64,000 nt of DNA from Gemmatimonas sp. (GTDB lineage Bacteria > Gemmatimonadota > Gemmatimonadetes > Gemmatimonadales > Gemmatimonadaceae). The DNA lies in NCBI GenBank assembly GCA_965279375.1, contig OZ257156.1:2624001-2688000 (forward strand), given 5' to 3'. Position numbers and translations under genes: made by a program. Under the pieces are notes generated by a model, which ran no database searches, was not told the origin of the DNA, and saw only the letters and a program-made list of their open reading frames with translations. This document shows, in pieces, positions 1 to 10,487 of the stretch (positions are counted from its first letter, which is position 1; each line of letters begins with the position of its first letter).

Positions 1-1122
1 CAACGCTTCGTCACGCGCAACGCGTCCTTCGCCAAGGGCTATGTGCGCATCGGTCGTTTGTCGCTGCTCTCCGGACCAGTCACGGAAACGCTCGGCACGT
101 TCACGGCCGTCGCCATCCTCTGGTTCGGCGCGCATCTCGTGCTGGTGGAAAAGACGCTTGGCGATTCCGAGCTGATCGTCTTCCTCATTTGGGTGATGCG
201 CCTGCTGCAGCCGCTGAAGCAGCTCTCGCAGGTGCAGCCGGCCGCGCAGCAATCGTTGGCCAGCGCCGAGCGACTGTTCGAGATTCTCGATTCACCGTCG
301 GAGATGGCGGTGGACAAGGGCACCGTCGAGCATCCCGCGCTCGTCAACGAAATTCGCTTCGACAACGTCTCGTTCGCCTACGACGAAGGCGCGCTGGCAC
401 TGCGCGAAGTGTCGTTCTCCGCGCGCAAAGGCGAGATCGTCGCGCTCGTCGGCGCGAGCGGCGCCGGCAAGTCCACACTTGTTGACCTGCTGCCGCGTTT
501 CGTCGAGCCCACGAGCGGTCGCATCACCATGGACGGCGTGGATCTGCGCGACATCAAGCTTCCTGCGCTGCGCGCTCTTACGGGCATCGTCAGCCAGGAC
601 ACGGTGCTTTTCAACGACACCGTGCGCGCCAACGTCGCGTTTGGACGCATCGACGCTACGCAGGCGCAGCTCGATGCGGCGGCCTCCGCCGCCAATGCGC
701 TCGGCTTCATTCGCGAACTGCCGGAAGGCTGGGACACCAACCTCGGCGAACGTGGCGCGCGTCTCTCCGGCGGACAGCGGCAGCGTCTCGCCATCGCGCG
801 TGCGCTGCTCTCCGATCCGCCCATCCTCATTCTGGACGAAGCCACCTCCGCGCTTGACATGGAGTCGGAACGGCTGGTGCAGGAAGCGATCGATCGACTG
901 CTCGCAGGGCGCACGGTGTTCGTGATTGCGCATCGCCTGGCCACAATCCAGCATGCGGATCGCATCCTCGTCTTTGATCAGGGTCGCCTGGTGGAAGAGG
1001 GCACGCACATCGCACTGCTCGCCAGCAGCGGCGCCTACGCCCGTCTGCACGCGATGCAGTTTGATCGCCGAGGGGCCGCGGACGATTCGTTGGTGAGCGT
1101 GGCGTCGGACGCGGCGGAGTAG
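1..1122 (+). CDS. ABC transporter permease/ATP-binding protein, MsbA-like (5' truncated by window edge)
   Basis: TM segment followed by Walker A GASGAGKST, signature LSGGQRQR, Walker B ILILDEATSALD and IAHRL; the frame is open to the window start. Confidence 0.9.
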   Translation, partial: QRFVTRNASFAKGYVRIGRLSLLSGPVTETLGTFTAVAILWFGAHLVLVEKTLGDSELIVFLIWVMRLLQPLKQLSQVQPAAQQSLASAERLFEILDSPSEMAVDKGTVEHPALVNEIRFDNVSFAYDEGALALREVSFSARKGEIVALVGASGAGKSTLVDLLPRFVEPTSGRITMDGVDLRDIKLPALRALTGIVSQDTVLFNDTVRANVAFGRIDATQAQLDAAASAANALGFIRELPEGWDTNLGERGARLSGGQRQRLAIARALLSDPPILILDEATSALDMESERLVQEAIDRLLAGRTVFVIAHRLATIQHADRILVFDQGRLVEEGTHIALLASSGAYARLHAMQFDRRGAADDSLVSVASDAAE

Positions 1123-1126
1123 TCGG

Positions 1127-2008
1127 GTGACTGGTTCCTCGAGCGCGGTCGCAACCAGCGGGTCGCGGGGATGGCAACAGCTCCGCACCGACCGGCGCGC
1201 GTGGTTTGGGCTTGGTGTGATAGGACTGCTCGTCTTCGCGGCGCTCGCCGCGAATCTCGTCGGTCACCTCGATCCGACGCGCATCGACATCACGCAGGTG
1301 CTGCTGCCGCCCACCGGCACGCATTGGTTAGGCACCGATGCGCAGGGACGCGATGTCTGGGCGCGACTGATTCATGGAACGCGCGTTTCGCTTGTGGTGG
1401 GAATCGCGTCACAGGGCGTGTCGCTGCTTCTTGGTGTTGGACTTGGTCTCATCGCGGGTTACCGCGGCAAGTGGACCGATGAAGTGATCATGCGACTCGC
1501 CGACGTCACGTTGGCGTTTCCGTCGCTGCTGCTGCTGATCGCCATGGCCGCCGCATTCGAGCCATCACTCACGACGGTGTGTGTGGTCATCGGCGTGGTC
1601 GGTTGGGCGGGCATGGCGCGCCTCGTGCGCGGGCAGGTGCTCGTGGTGCGCGAGCTCGAGTACGTGCAGGCGATGCGCGCCGTCGGGGCGAAGGATCTGC
1701 GCATCCTGCTGCGCCACATCCTTCCCAACGTCATCGCTCCCGTCGTCATCGCTGGCACGCTTGGCATTGCCGGCGCGATCATGGCCGAGGCGGCGCTGTC
1801 GTTCTTGGGACTTGGCGTGCAGCCGCCGACACCGAGTTGGGGTGCCATGATCGCCGATGGGCGCGACCTCTCGCAACTTCGTTCCGCACCGTGGACCTCG
1901 CTCTCGCCGGGCGTGGCCATCGGCATAGCGGTGCTCGGCTTCAACTTGCTCGGCGATGCGCTGCGCGACGCGCTCGATCCACGCGCCCAGGCATCACGCC
2001 GCGCGTGA
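1127..2008 (+). CDS. Oligopeptide/dipeptide ABC permease, DppC/OppC family
   Basis: HWLGTDAQGRD, ILLRHILPN, AEAALSFLGLG and PTPSWG motifs. Confidence 0.9.
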   Translation: MTGSSSAVATSGSRGWQQLRTDRRAWFGLGVIGLLVFAALAANLVGHLDPTRIDITQVLLPPTGTHWLGTDAQGRDVWARLIHGTRVSLVVGIASQGVSLLLGVGLGLIAGYRGKWTDEVIMRLADVTLAFPSLLLLIAMAAAFEPSLTTVCVVIGVVGWAGMARLVRGQVLVVRELEYVQAMRAVGAKDLRILLRHILPNVIAPVVIAGTLGIAGAIMAEAALSFLGLGVQPPTPSWGAMIADGRDLSQLRSAPWTSLSPGVAIGIAVLGFNLLGDALRDALDPRAQASRRA

Positions 2009-2054
2009 ACGGCACACGGTTCTTCGTTCACCCACCGCAACGGAAGCTTTCCCG

Positions 2055-3218
2055 ATGACCGCTCATGCACACGTTGGGCTCGACGTCGCCTCGGTGCGCG
2101 CTCGCGAGTATGCCTGGATGGACCGCGAAGCCACCGTCTACCTCAACGCGGCGTCTACGGGCCCCCTGCCACAGCGAGCGGTCGATGCCGCTCGACTGTG
2201 GACCGAGATGCGCGCCCGCCCGCACACGCTGCCGCTGACGCTCATGCAGGAGACGGTCGCCACCTCCCGCGCGCAGTTTGCCAAACTCGTTGGTGCGGAC
2301 GCCGACGAGATCGCGTTGATGCCGAACACCACGTACGGGCTCAACCTCGCCGCGCGCGCACTGCCGCTCAGGCCCGGAGTGATCCTCACCTTCGATGGTG
2401 AATTCCCGAGCTGCGTCTACCCATTTCAGGCGCTGTCCTCGCGCGGTATCTCGCTCGAGCTCGTACCGCGAAAGAACGGGCTCCCGGACGAAGACACGCT
2501 CGTCGCGGCGATCGCCCGACCGGATGTTGTCGCAGTTGTCGTCTCCTGGGTGCAGTTCGCGACCGGCTACGTCGCGGACCTCAAGCGCATCGGCGAGGCC
2601 TGCCGCGCGAATGGAGTCTTCTTCATCGTCGATGGCATTCAGGGCTGCGGCGTAAGAGAAATCGACCTTCACGCCCTGCCGGTCGACATCTTCGCCAGCG
2701 GCGCGCAGAAGTGGCAGTTGGGCCCGTGGGGCACCGGCTTCGTCTACGTGCGCAAGGAACTCATACAGACGATCGAGCCACATGACGTCGGCTGGGCGTG
2801 CATGAATGCCTCCGTCGACTACTCCCGACTCACCGACTACGAGTTCGACTTCTTCCCGGACGCGCGCCGCTTCGAAGTGGTGACGCTCGCCTATCAGGAC
2901 TTCGCGGTGGCCAACGCGTCCACCGCGATGCTGCTCGATCTCGGCGTCGGCGCCGTCGCCGAGCATCTCGAGGCGCTCGGCGCACGCATCATCGACTGGG
3001 TGGACTCGCGCGCTGACGCCCGTCTGGTTACCCCGCGAGACCCGCCGCGCCGCGCCGGGGTCGTCGCCTTTGCGCCGGCGGATGTGCAGGCGACCAGCGG
3101 GCGCCTGAACCAGGCCGGAGTGATTCACGTCACGCGAGAGGGCGCGGTCCGGCTCTCCCCACACTGTTACAACACACACGCCGACATCGACCGCGTAATC
3201 CAGATCCTCGACGCGTAG
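2055..3218 (+). CDS. Aminotransferase class V PLP enzyme (cysteine desulfurase/selenocysteine lyase-like)
   Basis: YLNAASTGP, VDGIQ, SGAQKWQLGPWGTG (PLP lysine) and VRLSPHCYN; start placed at ATG 2055. Confidence 0.85.
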   Translation: MTAHAHVGLDVASVRAREYAWMDREATVYLNAASTGPLPQRAVDAARLWTEMRARPHTLPLTLMQETVATSRAQFAKLVGADADEIALMPNTTYGLNLAARALPLRPGVILTFDGEFPSCVYPFQALSSRGISLELVPRKNGLPDEDTLVAAIARPDVVAVVVSWVQFATGYVADLKRIGEACRANGVFFIVDGIQGCGVREIDLHALPVDIFASGAQKWQLGPWGTGFVYVRKELIQTIEPHDVGWACMNASVDYSRLTDYEFDFFPDARRFEVVTLAYQDFAVANASTAMLLDLGVGAVAEHLEALGARIIDWVDSRADARLVTPRDPPRRAGVVAFAPADVQATSGRLNQAGVIHVTREGAVRLSPHCYNTHADIDRVIQILDA

Positions 3219-3383
3219 TTCCGGTGCTTCTCGGATGCAGAGGTGATTAAATTCTTGGTTACGTCGGCAGGCGAGGCTCTCAACGCGCCGCCGCGGACGA
3301 AACGAAAATCACCGCGGGTCGTACCACGAGTACCGATCGTCGGTTGTCTCCTTTCTCTCGGTTCGCCGAGAAGGCCGAATTGC

Positions 3384-4160
3384 GTGTCGCTCGCAAACCG
3401 TAGCGTCAACGATGCGTTGCGCTCCTGGGCTGAGTTGCTCCACTGTCCGCTCGGCTACCTCGAGTCGCCGAGGGTGGCGTGTGTGGAGCGCGAGACGACC
3501 GATGACGCCGAGGCCGCGATCGTCATGACGTTCACACGCGACGCCGTCGGGCTGGTGTCGCTTCCCAGCGGCGACGCTCGACACTTCGATCTCGATGCGA
3601 ACGAGCTCCAGGAGCTCATCGCCATGACGCGCGCCGAGTCGAAGCCAGGTGCACTCGTCCAGATGCATGACGCGACATTCGTGGTCGATGACGAGCCCGT
3701 GTCGCTGGCGGTCGCGGACGCGGGCACACTGATGCCCGAACGCGCGATTGACGCCTCGGTCGTCTACGACCCCAACCCGGTCGTTCTGGACATGCTTCGG
3801 CACCAGCTCACGACGGCCGAATGGGAGTTGGGCGGTGGCGCGAACGACTCACCGCATCGAATCGGCGTACTGGCCGGTGGCGTGTTGGTTGCGCTGGCGT
3901 CCGTTGCGCGGCCGGTAGGCCATCTCGCGCGCATTCGTGTGGTGGTGGCTCCCGGCTATCGTCGCCGCGGATACGGACAGATGGCCGTGCGGCGCATGGC
4001 ACAGCACGTACTCAATCAGGGGCTGCTGCCCTTCTGCCGCGTCGCCGTCAGTGATGTGAGCGCATGGGCGATGGCCGGCGCGGTCGGTTTCGTGTCCTTC
4101 GCGCGATCGCTCTCCATGCGCCTCAGCACGCTCGGCGCCCCCGAGCCGCGGCTGATCTAA
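3384..4160 (+). CDS. GNAT family N-acetyltransferase domain protein (start uncertain)
   Basis: C-terminal VVVAPGYRRRGYG acetyl-CoA motif A and AVGF; GTG 3384 follows GAGAAGG. Confidence 0.6.
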   Translation: MSLANRSVNDALRSWAELLHCPLGYLESPRVACVERETTDDAEAAIVMTFTRDAVGLVSLPSGDARHFDLDANELQELIAMTRAESKPGALVQMHDATFVVDDEPVSLAVADAGTLMPERAIDASVVYDPNPVVLDMLRHQLTTAEWELGGGANDSPHRIGVLAGGVLVALASVARPVGHLARIRVVVAPGYRRRGYGQMAVRRMAQHVLNQGLLPFCRVAVSDVSAWAMAGAVGFVSFARSLSMRLSTLGAPEPRLI

Positions 4161-4205
4161 TCCTGATCCAATCCTGATCTGATCCCGATCCAAGCCCGAT
4201 CAACA
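4151..4205. repeat. Five degenerate 11-bp tandem repeats, each containing GATC
   Basis: gctgatctaat/cctgatccaat/cctgatctgat/cccgatccaag/cccgatcaaca. Confidence 0.75.
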
Positions 4206-4242
4206 TCGGGCGCAGACCGGGCGCAGCACCGCTTGCGCAGTG

Positions 4243-5529
4243 CTACGCCGGTACGTGGATCAGGCCGTAGTCGCGCGCGCCCTTCTTGATCAGCAGGTGA
4301 CGACCGTGCAGAAGCGAGTCCGGTCCGATCATACGCTCGGCGAGGCCACGCTTCACGCCGTTGACACTCACGCCGCCCTGTTCGAGCAGGCGCTTCGCCG
4401 CGCCGCCCGATGCCGCGAAGCCGAGCGCCTTCAGACACTCAAAAAGGTCCACGTCGCTGCTCGGCGCCGCATCGGCCGGCGTGGCGTAGGTCGCGAACGG
4501 AATTTCGTTGCGCAGTGCGGCCAGCGCGCCATCGGACAGCAGCGACGGATCCGCCTTCTCGAACAGCAGTGCGGAGACTTCATGCGCCACCCGCGCGGCG
4601 TCTGCGCCATGCACGCGCGTTGTGACGTCCGCCGCCAAGGCCCGCTGCGCCTCGCGACGCTCGGGGTTGGTACGCACGGCGGCGTCCAGCGCTTCGATTT
4701 CGGCCTGCGGCATCAGCGTGAAGTAGCGCAGGAAGCGCGAGACGTCGCGGTCGTCGGCGCCAATCCAGAACTGGTAGAACTGGTACGGCGACGTGCGGGC
4801 AGCGTCGAGCCACACCGCACCCGCCTCGCTCTTGCCGAACTTGGAGCCGTTGGCGTTGGTGATCAGCGGGAACGTCAGCGCGTGTGCGTCACCACCCGTC
4901 GAACGACGGATCAGCTCCATACCGGCCGTGATGTTTCCCCATTGGTCGCTTCCGCCCAACTGCAGCGTCACGCCTTCGCGCTTGTGCAGCTCGAGGAAGT
5001 CGAACGCCTGCAGCAGCATGTAGGAAAACTCGGTGAATGAAATCCCCGTCTCGAGACGTGACTTCACCGAGTCCTTGGCCAGCATCACGTTCACCGAGAA
5101 GTGCTTGCCTGTGTCACGCAGGAAGTCGAGCAGCGTGAGCGGCTCGAGCCAGTCCAGGTTGTTGAGCAGCTTCGCCGCGTTCGGTCCGTCGAAATCCAGA
5201 AAGCGCGAGAGCTGGCCGCGAATCGCCTCGGCGTTGGCCGCGATCGTCTCCAGGCTCTGTAGCGTGCGCTCGCTGCTCTTGCCGCTCGGGTCGCCGATCA
5301 TCCCCGTGCCACCGCCCACCAGCGCAATCGGGCGATGTCCGGCCCGCTGCAGATGCACCAGCCCCATGACCGGAATCAGGTTGCCGACGTGCAGACTCGA
5401 CGCGGTCGGGTCGAAGCCGCAATAGCCGGTCACCGTGCCAGCGGCGAGCGCCGCGCCAAGGCCTTCGGTGTGCTGGAAGAGCAACTCGCGCCAGGCGAGT
5501 TCGGAGATGGGAGCGGGGTGCTGTGACAT
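4243..5529 (-). CDS. tyrS: Tyrosine--tRNA ligase
   Basis: YCGFDPTASSLHVGN (HIGH), QLGGSDQWGNI, KFGKS (KMSKS) and a C-terminal S4-like domain. Confidence 0.97.
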   Translation of the reverse strand: MSQHPAPISELAWRELLFQHTEGLGAALAAGTVTGYCGFDPTASSLHVGNLIPVMGLVHLQRAGHRPIALVGGGTGMIGDPSGKSSERTLQSLETIAANAEAIRGQLSRFLDFDGPNAAKLLNNLDWLEPLTLLDFLRDTGKHFSVNVMLAKDSVKSRLETGISFTEFSYMLLQAFDFLELHKREGVTLQLGGSDQWGNITAGMELIRRSTGGDAHALTFPLITNANGSKFGKSEAGAVWLDAARTSPYQFYQFWIGADDRDVSRFLRYFTLMPQAEIEALDAAVRTNPERREAQRALAADVTTRVHGADAARVAHEVSALLFEKADPSLLSDGALAALRNEIPFATYATPADAAPSSDVDLFECLKALGFAASGGAAKRLLEQGGVSVNGVKRGLAERMIGPDSLLHGRHLLIKKGARDYGLIHVPA

Positions 5530-5625
5530 GACCAATAATATCCGCCCGAACGCTCTTGGCGCGCCCGGGGGCTCGTCGGTACCGTTCTGACAGACCGATG
5601 CCCCCACTTCCTGCATTCAGATCCC

Positions 5626-7833
5626 GTGGCGACCTCCTCGTCACGTAAGCGCTCCGGCCTCATGGCCTCGATCCGCGCCCTCTTTGCCTACGTCTTCTTC
5701 CGCCAGCCGCTCCTGGGTTGGGTGGTGGTGCTGGGCATCTTCGGCGGCGCCGTCGGTGCCGGCGTGCTTGGCGGCGCGTGGGCCGTTGTCTGTCGCGACG
5801 GTCGCTGCCCGTCCATCGCGTCGTTGGAGCAATACGTCCCGCGCCAGACGTCCAAGGTCTACGCCGCAGACGGCCGTTTCATCTCCGAGTTGGGGCTCGA
5901 GCGGCGCACGCTCGTGCGCTTGAACGAGATCCCGAAGCATGTGCGCGATGCCTTCGTCATCGTGGAAGATCGTCGCTTCTATAAGCACTCGGGGATCGAC
6001 TACTACCGCATCTTCGGCGCCCTCGCGCGCAACATCGTCGCACGCCGCTACGCGCAGGGCTTCTCGACGATCACGATGCAGCTCGCGCGGAACGTCTTCT
6101 CCGATCGTATCTCGCGCGAGAAGACGATTTTCCGAAAGCTCAAGGAAGCCCGAGTCGCGCGCGCCATCGAGCAGCGCTACTCCAAGGACAAGATCCTCGA
6201 GCTCTATCTCAACCAGATCTACCTAGGCAACGGCGCCTACGGCGTCGAGACGGCGTCGCAGCGCTACTTCGGCAAGTCGGTTCGCGATTTGACCGTGGCC
6301 GAGGCCGCGATGCTGGCCGGCTTGCCCAAGGCGCCGGAGCGGTACAATCCGCGGCGCTTTGCGGATCGTGCGATTTCGCGCCGCAATACCGTGCTGGAGC
6401 TGATGCGTCGCGAAGGCGCGATCAACGCCGCCGATGCGTCGCTGGCCAAGGCGTTCCCGCTGCAGCTCGCGCAGCGCACCGAGTCGGGAGATGTGGCGCC
6501 CTACTACCTGGAATGGGTGCGCCGTCAGCTCGAAGAGCACTTCGGCAAGAGCCTGTACGACGAAGGGCTCAAGGTCTACACATCGCTCGACATCGACATG
6601 CAGGGCGCCGCCGAACGTGCGCTGGAGAATCAGCTCAAGGCCATCGAGGCCGGACGCAACGGTGCCTATAAGCATCTGACGTACGAGGGGTACGTCGCAC
6701 GCAACGCCGAAGGCGGCGAGTCCGCGGCGGCCAATTCCCCGTATCTGCAGGGCGCGTTCGTTGCGATCGATCCGCGCACGGGACTCGTACGCGCCATGGT
6801 CGGCGGGCGCGACTACGACGACTCCAAGTTCAATCGCGCCACGCAGGCGCTGCGGCAGCCCGGCTCCACCTTCAAGCCGGTGATGTACGCGTCAGCGATT
6901 CACGCGGGATTCACGCCGGCGCAGATCGTGGACGATTCGCCTATTTCGCTGGAGCAGCTCTCGGGCGAAACGTGGACCCCGCAGAACTACGACATGAAGT
7001 TCATGGGCTCCATGCCCATGCGCAAAGCGCTCTACATGTCGCGCAACCTCGCCGCGATCAACACCGGCACGCAGGTCGGTGTTGGCCCGGTCATCTCGAT
7101 GGCGCGCAAGTTCGGCATCACCACGCCCATTCCGCCGTATCCGTCCATGTTCATCGGCTCAGCGGACGTCTATCCGCTGGAGATGGTCGGCGCGTACTCC
7201 GTGTTCGCAAATCTCGGATTGCGCACCACGCCGCACGCGATCGTGAAGGTCGAGAATGCAGAGGGCAAGCTCGTCTGGCAGCCGCAGTACTCGCGCGAAG
7301 CGGTGCTGTCGCCGGAAGAGTCGTGGCTGATGGTCAGCATGATGAAGGACGTGGTCGTGCGTGGCACGGCGTCGCGCAACGTCTGGGGGGCCGGCTTTCA
7401 CGTGCCTGCGGGCGGCAAGACGGGCACCACGAACGATGGCGCCGACGTGTGGTTCATCGGCTACACCGCCGATCTCGTGGCCGGCGTCTGGATGGGCTTC
7501 GACCTCCCCAACAAGATCAAGGCGAACGCGCAGGGTGGCGATCTCGCCGCACCCGCGTGGACCGCGTTCATGACCGAGGTCTACCGTCGCAAGCCGCAGC
7601 CGCCCGACTGGCCGCGCCCCGATGGCGTGATCACGCGCGAGATCGACGCCGCGACGGGGCAACTCGCCACCTCCGCGTGCACCGGTGCCGTGGTGACGGA
7701 GTACTTCGTGATGGGCACCGAACCTACGCACCCGTGCACCGACGGACCGGTGCGTCCCCCCGGCGCCCTCGCAGACAGCGCGGCGCGCGCGGCCCGCGAT
7801 ACGACGAATCCGTTCCGCATTCCACCGCCGTAA
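5626..7833 (+). CDS. Class A penicillin-binding protein (PBP1A family)
   Basis: Transglycosylase EDRRF, GFSTITMQLARN, RKLKE; transpeptidase STFK, SRN, KTG. Confidence 0.95.
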   Translation: MATSSSRKRSGLMASIRALFAYVFFRQPLLGWVVVLGIFGGAVGAGVLGGAWAVVCRDGRCPSIASLEQYVPRQTSKVYAADGRFISELGLERRTLVRLNEIPKHVRDAFVIVEDRRFYKHSGIDYYRIFGALARNIVARRYAQGFSTITMQLARNVFSDRISREKTIFRKLKEARVARAIEQRYSKDKILELYLNQIYLGNGAYGVETASQRYFGKSVRDLTVAEAAMLAGLPKAPERYNPRRFADRAISRRNTVLELMRREGAINAADASLAKAFPLQLAQRTESGDVAPYYLEWVRRQLEEHFGKSLYDEGLKVYTSLDIDMQGAAERALENQLKAIEAGRNGAYKHLTYEGYVARNAEGGESAAANSPYLQGAFVAIDPRTGLVRAMVGGRDYDDSKFNRATQALRQPGSTFKPVMYASAIHAGFTPAQIVDDSPISLEQLSGETWTPQNYDMKFMGSMPMRKALYMSRNLAAINTGTQVGVGPVISMARKFGITTPIPPYPSMFIGSADVYPLEMVGAYSVFANLGLRTTPHAIVKVENAEGKLVWQPQYSREAVLSPEESWLMVSMMKDVVVRGTASRNVWGAGFHVPAGGKTGTTNDGADVWFIGYTADLVAGVWMGFDLPNKIKANAQGGDLAAPAWTAFMTEVYRRKPQPPDWPRPDGVITREIDAATGQLATSACTGAVVTEYFVMGTEPTHPCTDGPVRPPGALADSAARAARDTTNPFRIPPP

Positions 7834-7846
7834 CGTCGGTGCGCCC

Positions 7847-9265
7847 ATGAACACGCGCGCGGACAATTGGCGGATGGAGAATCGGCGGACGGAGCACCGT
7901 CGAACGGCGTACCTCGCGCGCTGGGTGCTCCCCATCTCGACGCCACCCATCCGGGACGGCGTCGTCATCGTCGATGGCGATCGCATCGAGGCAGTCGGTC
8001 GCCAAGTGGATCTGGTTGGCTCGGTGAGCAGCGCGCAGGTGTTGGATCTGGGTGAGGCCGCGCTGTTGCCCGGTCTGGTCAATGCGCACACGCACCTCGA
8101 ACTCACCGCGATGCGCGGTTTCCTCGAGGGACTCGATTTTCGCGAGTGGCTGCGTATCCTCACGCTCGCGCGCCGCGACTGCTTCGACGCGGACTCGCTG
8201 CGCGACGCCTGTCGGTTCGGGCTGCTCGAAGCGCTCTCGCAAGGCATCACCTGCTGCGCCGATACCACCGAGTCGGGACAGTCCATTCACGCCATGCACG
8301 AGTATGGCGTGCGCGGCGTGGGGTACGTGGAGGTCTTCGGCCCGGATCCCGCGCAGTGCGACGGCTCGATCGAGGGGCTCAAGCGAGCGGTGAACGCACT
8401 ACGTCCAAACGACACGGCGCTCGTGCGTACCGGCGTTTCGCCGCACGCACCGTACACCGTCTCTGCCGACCTCTTTCGCGCCACAGCGCAGTGGGCACGC
8501 GACGAAGCGCTGCCGGTGGCTGTGCACATCGCCGAAAGCGCGGCGGAGACGGAGTTCGTGCGCGATGGCACGGGGCCGTTCGCCGACCGCCTGCGCGCTC
8601 GCAACATCGCGGTGACACCCCAGGCGCGTTCGCCCATCGCGTTGCTGCACGACACGGGCATCCTTGGCACGCAGCCCCTGCTCATTCACGCCATTCAGGT
8701 CGGTGGCGAGGATCTCGATCTTGTCCTCGAGCACGGCGCCACCATCGTCCACTGCCCGATCTCCAACGCGAAGCTGGGGCAGGGGATCGCGCCGGTCGAG
8801 CGCATGCGGGCGAGGCGCATCCCCCTCGGACTGGGCACCGACTCCGTCGCCAGCAACGATCGGATGGATCTGCTCAGCGAGGCGCGTCAGGCGGCGCTCT
8901 TTCAGGCGCTTCAGTTGAGCACCCCCGACGCACTCTCCGCACACGAAGCACTGGCCCTGGCCACCATCGGCGGCGCACGCGCGCTGGGACTCGGAGATCA
9001 GGTTGGCACGCTGGAAGTCGGAAAACAGGCCGACCTCGCCGCCTTCCCACTCTCGCACCCGTTCGCGACCCCGGTCCATGATCCCGCCGTTGCACTGGTG
9101 CATGTGCTGGCGGGTGTGGTCAGCGCCTCGCTCGTGACCGTGTCGGGTGAGGTGTTGGTGCGTGACGGTGTGGTCCTGCGCGGAGATGATGGCCTCGCAC
9201 GACGCATTGCCGACCTGGGCGAGCGGCTGCGGACGTGGCGATTGGAGCACGTCAGGCCATCCTGA
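7847..9265 (+). CDS. Metal-dependent amidohydrolase (MtaD/nucleoside deaminase-like)
   Basis: PGLVNAHTHLE, SPHAPY, VHIAES, HCPISN, LGTDS and GTLEVGKQADL; start may be 7874. Confidence 0.85.
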   Translation: MNTRADNWRMENRRTEHRRTAYLARWVLPISTPPIRDGVVIVDGDRIEAVGRQVDLVGSVSSAQVLDLGEAALLPGLVNAHTHLELTAMRGFLEGLDFREWLRILTLARRDCFDADSLRDACRFGLLEALSQGITCCADTTESGQSIHAMHEYGVRGVGYVEVFGPDPAQCDGSIEGLKRAVNALRPNDTALVRTGVSPHAPYTVSADLFRATAQWARDEALPVAVHIAESAAETEFVRDGTGPFADRLRARNIAVTPQARSPIALLHDTGILGTQPLLIHAIQVGGEDLDLVLEHGATIVHCPISNAKLGQGIAPVERMRARRIPLGLGTDSVASNDRMDLLSEARQAALFQALQLSTPDALSAHEALALATIGGARALGLGDQVGTLEVGKQADLAAFPLSHPFATPVHDPAVALVHVLAGVVSASLVTVSGEVLVRDGVVLRGDDGLARRIADLGERLRTWRLEHVRPS

Positions 9266-9377
9266 CGACGGGCGATCGCAGACTTCGGCGAGACGGAATC
9301 GCGACCTGTGGCCAGTGGCGGCGCGGCCGACCCGCCGTGTATCGTTCGGCGTACCCTCAGCGCGTGGACTGACTTAC

Positions 9378-10322
9378 ATGGCAGCAGCATCCGGCCGGAC
9401 GGAACTCATCTGGCGCGACGGTGAACTTGTCGCGTGGAACGACGCGCGCATTCACGTGATGTCGCACGTCGTGCACTACGGCTCGAGCGTCTTCGAGGGC
9501 GTACGCGTCTACGAGACGCCCAAGGGGCCGACCATCTTGCGCGCGCGTGAGCACATGCGCCGCCTGCACGATTCGGCGCGTATTTACCGCATGCCGATGC
9601 GCTGGTCGGTGGATGAACTGGTCAAGGCCGCGGCCGACACGGTCAAAGCCAACGGTCTTCCGCACTGCTACCTCCGGCCGGTCGTGTTGCGCACCGGTGA
9701 AGAGATGGGCGTGCTGGGCACCAATGCACCAACCGAAACGTTCGTGATCGCGTGGAACTGGGGCGCCTACTTGGGCGGCACGGCTCTCGAGCAGGGCGTC
9801 GATGTCTGCGTCTCCAGCTGGCGTCGCGCTGCGCCGAGTACGTTCCCGACCATGGCGAAGGCAGGTGGCAACTACCTGAATTCGCAGCTGACCAAGATGG
9901 AAGCGCGGCTCGATGGATACGCCGAAGGGATCATGCTCGACTCCAGCGGCCTGATCTCCGAAGGCAGCGGTGAGAACCTGTTCGTGGTCCGCGACGGCGT
10001 GCTCTACACCACGCCCATGGGTGCCGGTATCCTGAGCGGCATCACGCGCGACTCGATCATCAAGATCGCGCATGATCTGCAGCTGCCGGTCAGCGAGCAG
10101 GCGCTTCCGCGTGAAATGCTGTATGTGGCCGATGAGTTGTTCTTCTGCGGCACGGCGGCGGAACTCACGCCGATCCGCTCCGTCGACCACATTCAGGTTG
10201 GTGAGGGGAAACCGGGTCCGATCACCCGCGCGATTCAGGACGAATACCTTGGCATCGCCAAAGGCAGGAGACCTGATCGGCACGGCTGGCTCACCTTCGT
10301 TGGCGAAGGCGCCACCGGTTGA
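9378..10322 (+). CDS. ilvE: Branched-chain amino acid aminotransferase
   Basis: HYGSSVFEG, AKAGGNYLNS, EGSGENLF, LSGITR, FCGTAAE. Confidence 0.95.
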   Translation: MAAASGRTELIWRDGELVAWNDARIHVMSHVVHYGSSVFEGVRVYETPKGPTILRAREHMRRLHDSARIYRMPMRWSVDELVKAAADTVKANGLPHCYLRPVVLRTGEEMGVLGTNAPTETFVIAWNWGAYLGGTALEQGVDVCVSSWRRAAPSTFPTMAKAGGNYLNSQLTKMEARLDGYAEGIMLDSSGLISEGSGENLFVVRDGVLYTTPMGAGILSGITRDSIIKIAHDLQLPVSEQALPREMLYVADELFFCGTAAELTPIRSVDHIQVGEGKPGPITRAIQDEYLGIAKGRRPDRHGWLTFVGEGATG

Positions 10323-10332
10323 TCGACCGCTC

Positions 10333-10382
10333 AATCCCCGCTGCTTGCTCAACGGCGCCATGCCGACGCGACAGCGGGGATT
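10333..10382 (+). terminator. Stem-loop downstream of ilvE
   Basis: aatccccgctg ... cagcggggatt inverted repeat. Confidence 0.45.
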
Positions 10383-10487
10383 CGCTTTGATGCACTTGTT
10401 GGGACGCAGTAGATCGCTTGCTCGCTGCACTGTCTGACGGAATTCGCGCAACAGAACCGTGTCGAACTTCAGAAGGGAGGATAGGGC

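Noticed and set aside
3351..3374. UUCG hairpin overlapping the putative RBS of the GNAT gene
   Set aside because: Only a 6-bp stem, and the gene start is uncertain.
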